From contig CAZSYM010000008.1 in the NCBI GenBank assembly GCA_964611145.1, forward strand, positions 8,132 through 72,131: DNA of 64,000 nt. Reading direction: 5' to 3'. The position numbers and the translations under genes are program-made. Source of the DNA: an uncultured Melioribacteraceae bacterium. GTDB lineage: Bacteria > Bacteroidota > Ignavibacteria > Ignavibacteriales > Melioribacteraceae. The notes beneath the pieces are model-generated. The model was given only the letters and a program-made list of their open reading frames with translations, did no database searches and was not told where the DNA came from. This document shows positions 39,449-48,710 of this stretch, one piece after another (position 1 is the stretch's first letter; each line of letters opens with the position of its first letter).

Positions 39449-39665
39449 ATAGCAAATAAGAAGAAAATATTTTTGTGAGAAAAAGAGGGAAGGAGGCAGA
39501 GCTTCCGCAAAAATTTTTTATTGACTTACTAGCACTGATTCATTCTCGTAGCGATAGTACTCACTTATGAAAACTTCTGATTTTTTTATTATTTTTATTT
39601 TCGTTTCCTCGTGAAATTAAAACCGGCTTTCGCCCCATGTTAAAAAACTCTAAATCCGAGAACAG

Positions 39666-41531
39666 ATGAGAATACCACAGGAAAAAATCGAAGAGATAAA
39701 AAACAGCGTTAGTATTGTGGATTTTATTTCCCAGTACGTTCCGCTGAAAAAGGCTGGCAAGAACTATCGCGGGCTTTGTCCTTTCCACACGGAAAAAACC
39801 CCCTCTTTTATGGTGAGCGACCAAAAACAAATATTTCATTGTTTCGGTTGTCACAAGGGCGGGAATGTTTTTACGTTTTTGATGGAATACAAGAAAATCT
39901 CCTTTTACGAAGCTGTGGAGGAAATAGCACAATATGCCGGTATTCCGCTTAAGTTCGAAAAAGATTCGGCGTCGAAGGATGCCACGGAGTTGCTTTATGA
40001 AATAAACCTGCAAGCGGCAAAGTTCTTTTCGGATAAACTCCTTAATTCCCCGGAAGGCGAAAGGGCAAGGGAGTATTTTAAGGAAAGAAAAATCAAGCTT
40101 GCCACTCAAAGGGCGTTCGGATTAGGATATGCACCGGATAGTTGGTCCGCCTTGAAAAATCATTTGGAAGAGTTAAAATTGCCACTCGATAAAGCGATTG
40201 AATTGGGTTTGTTAGACCGCAAGGAAAAGGGTGCACCTTACGATAAATTCCGCGGTAGAGTTATTTTCCCTATCTTTTCCACGAACGGGCGCGTTGTGGG
40301 ATTCGGCGGACGTGTGCTTGTGCCTTCGGAAAAGGCGCCTAAGTATTTGAATTCCCCCGAATCCCGTATTTACTCCAAGAGAAGAACTCTTTACGGATTA
40401 TATCATTCCAAGGAAGAAATTATGAAATTGGATTCCGCCATTTTGGTGGAAGGTTATATGGATCTTATTTCGCTTTATCAGGCGGGAATTAAAAACGTTG
40501 TCGCTTCCTCCGGAACGGCTCTCACGGAAGAACAGGTGCAATTGCTTTCGCGGTTCACTAAAAACATTGTTGTGCTTTTCGATGCGGATTCCGCTGGACA
40601 AAGCGCGGCGATGAGAAGCATAGAGCTTTTACTTAAACAGGATTTCGAAATCCGAATGTTGACTCTACCCGAAGGAGAAGACCCAGACTCTTTTGTTAAT
40701 AAATACGGCGTGGAGGAATTCCGCGAGGAATTAAGCCGAACCATGAATTTCCTTGAGTTTCAAATGCGTCAGTTCGAAAAAGCGGGAATGCTGGAAGACC
40801 CCGCCAAACAAGCCCAAGCCATTCGCGAGCTTATTAAAACTGCGGCTCTCATTTCCGACGAATTGAAAAGAAATTTGCACCTCCGCAATATCGCACGAAA
40901 GTTTAATCTGCGGGAAAAAATGCTCGAACAGGAAATGGATAAGTTCATTCGATTGGCTAAGAAGAGCGAGGTTAAACGGCGGAATGTTACAAAGCTCCCT
41001 CCTGTGGAAAAGGAAAAACAAGCCGGTGGGAAAGCATTTCTTTCGGGCGGTACTTTCGAGCGGGAAATTATCCGATTGCTTTTCGAGGGGAAAAAGGAAA
41101 TAATGGATTTGATTTTTGATAATGTCCCTATAAACGAAATAAGCGATACGAATTTGCGTCAAATTGCCGAGTCCGTTTTTGAAAATTATCGCAATGGAGT
41201 TTATCTCCCTTCGGATTTGATTGACGATTTGCCTTCGGAGGAACTTAAGGATTTAACGCGGGAACTAATCCTGAACGAAGCGGAAATTAGCCGTCGCTGG
41301 GAAGAAATTGCTGTCGATGGTAGTAATGAAATCGATTTATTGGGGTTTACCAAGGAATTGGTGAATCGTTATAAGCTTAAAATGATTGACAAAATGATGC
41401 GGGAAATTCAGGAACAAATTAGTATGAAGGAAAATTCTCCGGAAGCGCTCGAGGAGTTATTCGAGCAGTTACGCATCTGGCAAAATGAAAAAAAGGAACT
41501 TTTAGAATTGGTGAGTAAAAATGCGAGGTAA
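39666..41531 (+). CDS. dnaG: DNA primase
   Basis: Zinc finger 'CPFHTEKTPSFMVS....FHCFGCHKGGN', RNA-polymerase core 'YLNSPES', TOPRIM 'ILVEGYMD' and 'VVLFDADSAG'. Confidence 0.95.
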   Translation: MRIPQEKIEEIKNSVSIVDFISQYVPLKKAGKNYRGLCPFHTEKTPSFMVSDQKQIFHCFGCHKGGNVFTFLMEYKKISFYEAVEEIAQYAGIPLKFEKDSASKDATELLYEINLQAAKFFSDKLLNSPEGERAREYFKERKIKLATQRAFGLGYAPDSWSALKNHLEELKLPLDKAIELGLLDRKEKGAPYDKFRGRVIFPIFSTNGRVVGFGGRVLVPSEKAPKYLNSPESRIYSKRRTLYGLYHSKEEIMKLDSAILVEGYMDLISLYQAGIKNVVASSGTALTEEQVQLLSRFTKNIVVLFDADSAGQSAAMRSIELLLKQDFEIRMLTLPEGEDPDSFVNKYGVEEFREELSRTMNFLEFQMRQFEKAGMLEDPAKQAQAIRELIKTAALISDELKRNLHLRNIARKFNLREKMLEQEMDKFIRLAKKSEVKRRNVTKLPPVEKEKQAGGKAFLSGGTFEREIIRLLFEGKKEIMDLIFDNVPINEISDTNLRQIAESVFENYRNGVYLPSDLIDDLPSEELKDLTRELILNEAEISRRWEEIAVDGSNEIDLLGFTKELVNRYKLKMIDKMMREIQEQISMKENSPEALEELFEQLRIWQNEKKELLELVSKNAR

Positions 41532-42999
41532 TCCCAATTTATACGAAATCAATACGAGAGTATGGATAAAAAGATTCGGTTCTCCGGAAGCCCCGGCAAC
41601 ATTGGGCACGGTGCCAATCGAGTATTGGGAGGACTTGAAAAATAAGGGGATGGATGCCGTCTGGTTGATGGGAATTTGGAAAACCAGTGAGGAGGCTACG
41701 GAAAAATATTGCTTCGTTGACGGATTGAAAAGCGAATATTCAAAAGCTTTGCGAGATTGGGAAGATGAAGATGTTATAGGTTCTCCTTACGCAATAGATT
41801 CTTACGAAGTTAATCCCGAGCTTGGCACCGAAGCCGATTTGCTGGAATTAAAGAGAAAATTGAATTCTCTGGGAATAGCTTTAATTTTGGACTTTATCCC
41901 CAACCATTTCAGTGCGGAATCGAAATTATTGAAAGAGCGACCGGAGATTTTTCTTTCGGCGGAAAAGAAATTTTACGAAGAAGATCCTTACACTTTTTTC
42001 AAGCCGTTTCCAAACGAGGAGAAATATTTTGCTCATGGACGAGACCCTTTCTTTCCCGCGTGGCAGGATACCGTGCAAGTGAATTATTATTCGGACGAGG
42101 CGCGGGAATTCATGATTAATCAACTTTTACGCTTGACAAAACTTGCCGACGGCGTGCGATGCGATATGGCAATGCTGGCTATGAACAATGTTTTCGGTAA
42201 TACTTGGGGCGGAGTGCTTGCGCATGCGTATTATTCAAAACCGAAAGAAGAATTTTGGAAACTGGCTATTGATATAGTTAAACGTTTCCGAGAGGATTTT
42301 ATTTTTATTGCCGAAGCTTATTGGGATTTGGAATACGAATTACAACAATTAGGTTTTGATTTCACTTATGATAAAAAACTTTTGGATAGAATGCTCGAGG
42401 GGAGTGCACAAGAAGTACGTGCTCATTTGAATGCGGAAGAATCTTATCGTAGAAAATCCGTTCGCTTTATTGAAAATCACGACGAGCAACGGGCGATGAC
42501 TTCTATGGGCAAAAATAAATCTCGCGCCGCCGCCGTTATAATGAGCACAGTGGAAGGGATGCATCTTTACTACGACGGACAATTCGAGGGAAAGAGAATT
42601 AAGCTACCCGTGCAATTGGGTCGCGAACCTGTCGAAAAGCCGATTGAATGTATTGTAGAACATTACAAAGTTTTGCTCGAAATTACAAACGAGGAGATTT
42701 TCCATTCCGGCTATTGGATGATGCGCACGGTTGAATCGGCGGGCGAAGGGGACGATTCGAATAAAAATCTGATAGCATGGAGCTGGCGATGGCTTGATGA
42801 GAAAAGATTGGTTGTGGTCAATTTTAGCGACGAGCGTTCTCGCGGAAGGATTAAATTGGAACTGAACGAATACCCGCGCAATTTTAAGTTATGGGATTTA
42901 CTCAATCACGTGCAGTACGTCCGCGAAACCTCGGAAGTGGAAACAATGGGGCTTTACGTGGAATTGGCTCCTTTTAAGGCTCATATTTTTGCATATTAA
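41521..42999 (+). CDS. Cytoplasmic alpha-amylase-family (GH13) glycosidase
   Basis: No signal peptide. GH13 regions 'LDFIPNH', 'GVRCDMA', 'FIAEAYW', 'FIENHDE'. The ATG overlaps the dnaG 3' end by 11 nt. Confidence 0.8.
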   Translation: MRGNPNLYEINTRVWIKRFGSPEAPATLGTVPIEYWEDLKNKGMDAVWLMGIWKTSEEATEKYCFVDGLKSEYSKALRDWEDEDVIGSPYAIDSYEVNPELGTEADLLELKRKLNSLGIALILDFIPNHFSAESKLLKERPEIFLSAEKKFYEEDPYTFFKPFPNEEKYFAHGRDPFFPAWQDTVQVNYYSDEAREFMINQLLRLTKLADGVRCDMAMLAMNNVFGNTWGGVLAHAYYSKPKEEFWKLAIDIVKRFREDFIFIAEAYWDLEYELQQLGFDFTYDKKLLDRMLEGSAQEVRAHLNAEESYRRKSVRFIENHDEQRAMTSMGKNKSRAAAVIMSTVEGMHLYYDGQFEGKRIKLPVQLGREPVEKPIECIVEHYKVLLEITNEEIFHSGYWMMRTVESAGEGDDSNKNLIAWSWRWLDEKRLVVVNFSDERSRGRIKLELNEYPRNFKLWDLLNHVQYVRETSEVETMGLYVELAPFKAHIFAY

Positions 43000-43059
43000 T
43001 GCTCCCTTAGATATCCGAGCTTTACATGGTCTTTTCCGTTCTATAGATAAAAGGTGCAG

Positions 43060-43150
43060 AGGTTCAAAGGCACAAAGGCTAGTGGCATGTGGCAAAGAGC
43101 ATAGTGCATGGGGAAATTACCCTTTGCGCTTTGCCCCATGCCCTTTGCCT
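43060..43150. other. GC-rich structured intergenic element built from GGCAAAG/CTTTGCC motifs (candidate sRNA, REP-like element or protein-binding site)
   Basis: Stems GGCAAAG (43091-43097) / CTTTGCC (43143-43149) and GCATGGGG (43106-43113) / CCCCATGC (43134-43141). Further CTTTGC copies lie at 43122-43135 and AAAGGC copies at 43067-43079. Locally much more GC-rich than the surrounding sequence. Confidence 0.3.
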
Positions 43151-43312
43151 CATATCTGTGATTATCCGTCCAGTGTCCTATGAAAGAGGCTCGAAGGTAC
43201 AAAGATTAAAAGCTTCTTTGTAGTTTATTATTATGTGGGTCCCCGTTGATTTTATCCTTAAAATTCCGTATCATACTTACGATTTCTTCGAAAGAAACCA
43301 AGAGGTCATAAA

Positions 43313-43687
43313 ATGAAAGAAGAACATAATTTTTCGACCCCCAGAAATCTTTACGAAAAACTTCTTCGCGAATCGGAAAGATTTGATAATGAACCCAGCG
43401 GGGATAACTTCTTTAATTTCATCGTCACCGCTGTGCATCTGAAGGAATGGGTTAAAAAAGCTCCCATTTCCACCCACGAGGGTGCCAAAAGAATGCTTGA
43501 TAAAATATCCAAAAACGAATTGATGAAACAATGTGCCGAATGCGTATCGGGTTCTTCTTCCTATGTTTTTTCGGTGGATAAAGCAAACGGTACGGTGGAG
43601 CTTTTAATTAACGGAGAACCAAAGGATCCGTATCTTGTCAAAAACGAAATACTGGATATGTTCAGAAGTTACTTCGAGATTAAATAG
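43313..43687 (+). CDS. Hypothetical protein (124 aa), no family recognised
   Basis: ATG preceded by AAGAGG (43300-43305). Normal-looking composition, no TM segment or signal peptide. Own transcription-unit context between the GH13 gene and dapF. Confidence 0.6.
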   Translation: MKEEHNFSTPRNLYEKLLRESERFDNEPSGDNFFNFIVTAVHLKEWVKKAPISTHEGAKRMLDKISKNELMKQCAECVSGSSSYVFSVDKANGTVELLINGEPKDPYLVKNEILDMFRSYFEIK

Positions 43688-43737
43688 AGAAAAACGGGTC
43701 TTGGGACTGAAAAAATTCTAAATGCGGTTTTTGACGT

Positions 43738-44601
43738 ATGAGAGTGAAATTTCACAAGTATAGCGGTGCCGGTAACGATTTTATATTAATTTCCCGCGAA
43801 GAAAATCCTCGCCTTGAATTGTCTCCCGCTTTGATTCGGAGGATTTGCGAACGCCGTTTGAATATCGGCGCCGACGGTGTGCTGTTTTTGAAAAAGAGCC
43901 GGGAATTTGACTTTGCCTTGGATTATTTCAATGCCGACGGTACCGGCGGTAGCCTTTGTGGTAATGGCGCAAGATGTGCCGTCCATTTTGCCGTTACTTC
44001 CCGTATGGCGACTCGAAATCGGGTAAGATTTTGGGCGGCGAATAAAATTTACGAGGGCGAGCTTTTGGAAACGAACAAAGTTAAGGTCCGACTAAATCCG
44101 CCTCGGAAAATTGATTTGAATATTAATCTCAAACTCGACGATTATGAATTAAAATGCTCCTTTGCCGACACCGGTTCGCCCCATTTGATTGTTCCGGTTG
44201 ATGAGAATAAAGCATTTCCCGATTTACTTCCCGAAAAATTTTGGGATGAAAATTTTCCCGTTTCGACTCTTGGCAGAAAACTTAGATATCACGAGGCTTT
44301 TGCGCCCGAAGGAACAAATGTGAATTTCATCCGTTTGCGAAACGGCGTTGTCGAAATACGCACGTATGAAAGAGGAGTGGAGAACGAGACTCTGGCATGC
44401 GGCACGGGTGCAGTGGCTTCCGCCGTCGTCGCGCATTTGCGCCTCGGTGTTCAATCGCCGATAACCGTCTTACCTAAAAGCGGACTTAAATTGAAAGTCG
44501 TTTTTGATTATATTAAGAAGGCTTTTTCAAATATTTATTTGATTGGTCCAGCGGAGGAAGTTTTTGAAGGATATTTTAATTATGAAATCGAGGAACGGTA
44601 A
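43738..44601 (+). CDS. dapF: Diaminopimelate epimerase
   Basis: 'KYSGAGNDFILI', first catalytic Cys 'NADGTGGSLCGNGARC', second 'ETLACGTGAVASA'. Confidence 0.92.
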   Translation: MRVKFHKYSGAGNDFILISREENPRLELSPALIRRICERRLNIGADGVLFLKKSREFDFALDYFNADGTGGSLCGNGARCAVHFAVTSRMATRNRVRFWAANKIYEGELLETNKVKVRLNPPRKIDLNINLKLDDYELKCSFADTGSPHLIVPVDENKAFPDLLPEKFWDENFPVSTLGRKLRYHEAFAPEGTNVNFIRLRNGVVEIRTYERGVENETLACGTGAVASAVVAHLRLGVQSPITVLPKSGLKLKVVFDYIKKAFSNIYLIGPAEEVFEGYFNYEIEER

Positions 44602-44918
44602 TGAGTAAAGTGGTCTTCTCAATAAGATATGAAATTCAAAAAGATAAACTTGAAGAATATTATAAAGTGGTGCGGGAGCTTAAAAGGCTTCTGAAGGGTA
44701 AGGGGTTGGAGGATTACTCGGTTTTCCAAGTGAAAGGTAAAGAAAACGAATTCGTGGAAATTTATATTTATGAAAGTAAAGAAGCGTGGGAGGCGTTCGA
44801 CGAGGCAACGGACGAAAGAGTGGATATTCTCATGAACAAACTTGCCGATATGATAATAGATAAAACCACTAAATATTCCACGCTGTTCGAACTCGATTTT
44901 TCCGAAGAGCAAGAATAA
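44601..44918 (+). CDS. Small hypothetical protein, possibly a dimeric alpha/beta-barrel (ABM-like) fold
   Basis: 105 aa. The ATG overlaps the dapF TAA (TAATG). The 'FVEIYIYESKEAWEAF' pattern resembles ABM/Dabb-fold proteins. Weak call. Confidence 0.55.
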   Translation: MSKVVFSIRYEIQKDKLEEYYKVVRELKRLLKGKGLEDYSVFQVKGKENEFVEIYIYESKEAWEAFDEATDERVDILMNKLADMIIDKTTKYSTLFELDFSEEQE

Positions 44919-44919
44919 A

Positions 44920-45969
44920 ATGTTTGAATATATTGGCGTAATTCATGTCCATTCCGTATTCTCCGACGGTTCGGGTACGGTAAAAGAAATCGTTCAAGCG
45001 GCTCGGGATTCCGAGGTGGATTTTGTAGTGCTCACGGACCACAATACTTTGCGAGCCTTGGACGAAGGATATGAAAAATGGTATGGCAAAACGCTTCTGC
45101 TTGTCGGTAGTGAAATAAACGACAGACAAAATAAAAACCATTACCTGGCGCTTGGCATAGATAAACTCCCCTCCCGCAGTCTTACCGCCGTTGAATATGT
45201 TAAGGAAATAAAAGAAGCGGGGGGAATCGGTTTTATTGCACATCCCCATGAAAAAAGAAATTCGATGAAAGAGCATCCGCCTTTCCCGTGGACGGCATGG
45301 GAAAGCGAGGATTTTACGGGTATTGAGATTTGGAATCACATGTCCGAATGGATGGAAGGACTTACGGAGGAAAACAAATACACTCGTTTCCTTCATCCAT
45401 TGCGTTCGATAGTCGCCCCGCCGAAGGAAACGCTCGCGGCATGGGATAAATTAAGTCTGAAACGCCGTGTGGTGGGAATTGGCGGAGTGGATGCTCACGC
45501 CCACAAAGTTAATCTCCTCGGTTTTTTTGAAGTGGAGGTTTTCCCTTACAAGGTGCTTTTTAAATCGATTCGTACTCATCTTCTGTTGCAAGAAAAAATT
45601 GAAAATTCTAATAATCCTCAAGTTTTTAAAAGAACCAAAAAAATGTTTTTGGAAGCATTGGCGGAAGGACGTTGCTTTGTTTCCAATTATTATCACGGTG
45701 ATGCAAAGGGATTTCGCTTTTTTGCGGAAGCCGACGGGAAACATTATCAAATGGGAGATTCTGTTCCCCATGTTTCCTCGGTTCGCTTGAGAGTTGTTCT
45801 TCCCACGGAACTTGCCGAAATTAGATTGATACACAACGGTAAAATGATTGCAGGTGTGGAAGGCGGAAGCGCAAATTTCCCTGTGAATTCTGAAGGGGCT
45901 TATAGAATTGAAGTTTATCTTGACGGTAAAGCGTGGATTTATTCGAATCATATTAGGATAGGTATTTAA
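44920..45969 (+). CDS. PHP-domain metallohydrolase (CehA/McbA-like)
   Basis: 'GVIHVHSVFSDGSGT', 'VVLTDHN', 'AHPHE', 'GGVDAHAH' metal-ligand blocks. Starts 1 nt after the preceding stop. Confidence 0.75.
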   Translation: MFEYIGVIHVHSVFSDGSGTVKEIVQAARDSEVDFVVLTDHNTLRALDEGYEKWYGKTLLLVGSEINDRQNKNHYLALGIDKLPSRSLTAVEYVKEIKEAGGIGFIAHPHEKRNSMKEHPPFPWTAWESEDFTGIEIWNHMSEWMEGLTEENKYTRFLHPLRSIVAPPKETLAAWDKLSLKRRVVGIGGVDAHAHKVNLLGFFEVEVFPYKVLFKSIRTHLLLQEKIENSNNPQVFKRTKKMFLEALAEGRCFVSNYYHGDAKGFRFFAEADGKHYQMGDSVPHVSSVRLRVVLPTELAEIRLIHNGKMIAGVEGGSANFPVNSEGAYRIEVYLDGKAWIYSNHIRIGI

Positions 45970-46027
45970 AAATTGTTATTTTTTTCGGATTAAATATTTG
46001 ATTTTGTGAACAAAAAAGGATAGAAAA

Positions 46028-46711
46028 GTGTTAGCAAAAAAGAAAAAATTGACGAGAAAGGAAATCAAGGAAGACAAGTTAGTTACTTCTTTTTACGAAG
46101 CTCAGGAGTTTTACAAAAAATATCAAAAGCAAATCTTGATTGCCGTGGGCGTAATAGCGGCAATAGTAATAGCTGTGATTGTTTATAATAATAAGATTGC
46201 GGACGAGAATCAACAAGCCGCAACGGCTCTTTCCCGCATTATGCCGAGTTATAAATCGGGGAATTATAAGGAAGCAATCGAAGGTAAGCCGGGCACGAAC
46301 GTTATAGGGCTTAGGCAAATAGTCGAAAATTATGGCGGTTCGGAAGAAGGTGAAGTGGCGCGGATTTTTCTGGCGCATTCTTATTATATGCTCGGTAAAT
46401 ACCAGCAAGCGTTAAAAGAATATGAAGATTATTCCGGTTCCATAGATTTGTTCCGGTCGACGGCTTTTGCGGGTGCCGGGGCATGCTACGAGGCTTTAGG
46501 CGACAACGAAAAAGCGGCGGATAAATTCCGCGAAGCGGCTTTCGTTACAAAGGATAATCCACAAAATGCGGGTTACTTGCTGGAAGCCGGTATTGATTAT
46601 CGTTCCATTGGTAAAGCGGAAAAAGCTAAAAAATATTTTCGGATAATCAAAAAAGAATATTCGAAAACCGATGTCGGGAAAAAAATTGACCAATATCTGG
46701 AATCTTTTTAA
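46028..46711 (+). CDS. Membrane-anchored tetratricopeptide-repeat protein (YfgM/UPF0070-like)
   Basis: Basic N-terminus, one TM 'ILIAVGVIAAIVIAVIVY', then TPR-like helices ('ARIFLAHSYYMLGKYQQALKEY', 'GAGACYEALGDNEKAADKF'). GTG start. Confidence 0.7.
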   Translation: MLAKKKKLTRKEIKEDKLVTSFYEAQEFYKKYQKQILIAVGVIAAIVIAVIVYNNKIADENQQAATALSRIMPSYKSGNYKEAIEGKPGTNVIGLRQIVENYGGSEEGEVARIFLAHSYYMLGKYQQALKEYEDYSGSIDLFRSTAFAGAGACYEALGDNEKAADKFREAAFVTKDNPQNAGYLLEAGIDYRSIGKAEKAKKYFRIIKKEYSKTDVGKKIDQYLESF

Positions 46712-46743
46712 ATAATTTTCACTCAATAAAAATAGGAGTAGCC

Positions 46744-48561
46744 ATGAAAAGAGCGCTTTACTCTTTGTTTGCTTTGATTTTCGGAGCTACCGTTTTGTTT
46801 GCACAGGATGTACACATTGCGGCTTATTATAACGCTCCGGATATCACTCAAGACTCCGTACTTTCGGGGCTTACCAGTGTTCGCGGACTTAATTATGACC
46901 CTGACCTTCTTGGCGACGGGCATTCCGCAATTGTTGTTACAAATTATAATTTCCATACCGCAGCTGTATTCGAGACCGTTGGTAACGATTCTATCGAACT
47001 CAAGTGGGTTTCCCCTCGCGTTACCGAACCTCCCATTTACAAATCTTCCACTCCGCGCTATGTAGCGTTTGGAGATTTGGATAATGACGGGCTTAAGGAA
47101 GTTATTATCAATGTTGACCCCTACGGAATGGTTATTTATGAATGGGATGGCGTTGCCGGTAGCTGGAACTTCGGTACGCAGCCTTCGCAAGTAATCAATT
47201 TCGAAGCTCTGGTGGGAGAAACTAACGGGTATTTCTCCGAGTATTATGAAATTTTGGATGTTGACGGCGACGGAAGTAACGAGCTTTTGATTGCCACGAA
47301 CGCAAGTGGAAGCTCGCATGATAATTACTATATCGTAAGTGCGAACGGCAACTGGATGACAAACACTCCGGGATTTTCCAGCTTTAACGTCGAAGGCGCA
47401 TTTTATCGCAGAGATTTAGGCACGTGGGGAATTAAAGGCGGTAGCCCTTATGCTTTGATTGCCGCTAATCTCGACGGAGAAGGAAATCCCGAAATTATTC
47501 TTCATAACTGGAACTTGAAAAATGTTGTTCCTATCAGAGTTCCTGCTGCCGATACTTATGAGCTTTCCGATACCACAAATGGAAAGCAAAATTACTTCCT
47601 CGGCGGTGCTAATGACGAAGTTGCTCTTTTCTCCGGTGTGGCTTGCGATATTGATGGCGACGGAAGAGAAGAAGTTTATCTTCCTACTTTCAATTCCTCC
47701 GGTAACGGAAGAGTTGATATGATTCACTATGAACCCGGTCAAAGCACTTCCGAAATTGATTCCTCGAATGTTTTTAAACTCGATATGAGTTCTGTTTCCG
47801 GTGTCAATCAATTTGGTATAGGCTACGGCGATTTGGACGGAAATGGAAAACTTAATCTTTACGTTGCTGGCGGTTGGGGACATAACATTTCTTCCGCCGA
47901 GTTCCAAGGCGGGGATAAAACCGACCCTGCTAATTGGAAATTCTCCGTTATTTATGAAGGTACCCCTGACATTTATGACCAAGTGGTTTATAAAGATTCT
48001 GCCGGTGTTCAAGATACCGTTTATTCGATAAACAAAGCTTTCGTATCCAAGCTTTATGCTAAGAATACGGATTTCGACAAGGACGGCAAACAGGATATTA
48101 TCATGCCTTATCAAGGGCTGAACGATAATACCACTTATATCCACCTTTCCTGGAACGGTTCGGCTTGGGATACGACTTCCGCCGAGACCGTACACAATCC
48201 GAAAGCTTGGGGTATAAGAATACTTGAAGCTGGCGCAGGTACGGGAATTGAGGCTAAGGATGTTGCCATCATTACTCCTAAGGATTATAAACTCGAGCAG
48301 AATTATCCTAACCCCTTTAACCCGACTACCAATATTAGATTTTCTCTCCCTGTCAAAAATACAATCTCTTTGATTGTTTACGACATGCTGGGTAGAAAGG
48401 TTAAAACTTTGATAGCTTCCAAGGTTTATAATAAAGGTTCCTACAAGGTTCAGTGGGACGGCACGAACGATTACGGTCAAAAGGTTGCCAGCGGAAGCTA
48501 TATTTATACTCTGAAATTCGGTAACTTCCAGATTTCTAAGAAAATGACTCTTCTGAAATAA
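46744..48561 (+). CDS. Secreted FG-GAP/VCBS beta-propeller protein with T9SS C-terminal sorting domain
   Basis: Signal peptide 'LFALIFGATVLFAQ'. At least 6 Ca-binding FG-GAP loops ('DLDNDGLKEV', 'DVDGDGSNEL', 'NLDGEGNPEI', 'DIDGDGREEV', 'DLDGNGKLNL', 'DFDKDGKQDI'). C-terminal 'LEQNYPNPFNPTTNIRFSLP...GSYIYTLKFGNF' T9SS type-A CTD. Confidence 0.85.
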   Translation: MKRALYSLFALIFGATVLFAQDVHIAAYYNAPDITQDSVLSGLTSVRGLNYDPDLLGDGHSAIVVTNYNFHTAAVFETVGNDSIELKWVSPRVTEPPIYKSSTPRYVAFGDLDNDGLKEVIINVDPYGMVIYEWDGVAGSWNFGTQPSQVINFEALVGETNGYFSEYYEILDVDGDGSNELLIATNASGSSHDNYYIVSANGNWMTNTPGFSSFNVEGAFYRRDLGTWGIKGGSPYALIAANLDGEGNPEIILHNWNLKNVVPIRVPAADTYELSDTTNGKQNYFLGGANDEVALFSGVACDIDGDGREEVYLPTFNSSGNGRVDMIHYEPGQSTSEIDSSNVFKLDMSSVSGVNQFGIGYGDLDGNGKLNLYVAGGWGHNISSAEFQGGDKTDPANWKFSVIYEGTPDIYDQVVYKDSAGVQDTVYSINKAFVSKLYAKNTDFDKDGKQDIIMPYQGLNDNTTYIHLSWNGSAWDTTSAETVHNPKAWGIRILEAGAGTGIEAKDVAIITPKDYKLEQNYPNPFNPTTNIRFSLPVKNTISLIVYDMLGRKVKTLIASKVYNKGSYKVQWDGTNDYGQKVASGSYIYTLKFGNFQISKKMTLLK

Positions 48562-48583
48562 GGAGAGAGAATTTCAAGAATAT

Positions 48584-48612
48584 AAAGCCGGGCGTTGCGT
48601 CCGGCTTTTTAA
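48584..48612 (+). terminator. Intrinsic terminator after the T9SS cargo gene
   Basis: GCCGGGCG (48587-48594) / CGTCCGGC (48598-48605) with one G-U pair and a TTG loop, then TTTTT. Confidence 0.85.
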
Positions 48613-48710
48613 TTTTAAATTTTTTGAACTTGAATGTCCAAAAATTTTCCTTACGCCTGATTTTTTCTCTCGTTATATTTGAATTTGTTTCTTAAAAAAT
48701 ATCGTTGGAA

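Noticed and set aside
42989-43183. 64-aa ORF spanning the GC-rich intergenic element
   Set aside because: The Cys/His/Pro/Arg-rich translation is dictated by the repeat motifs. There is no RBS, and it starts inside the GH13 gene end. More likely non-coding.
46723-48480. 198-aa and 354-aa ORFs antisense to the FG-GAP T9SS cargo gene
   Set aside because: Same codon-aligned antisense artefact as in ppdK. No RBS or domain signal. The sense strand has signal peptide, FG-GAP loops and a T9SS CTD.
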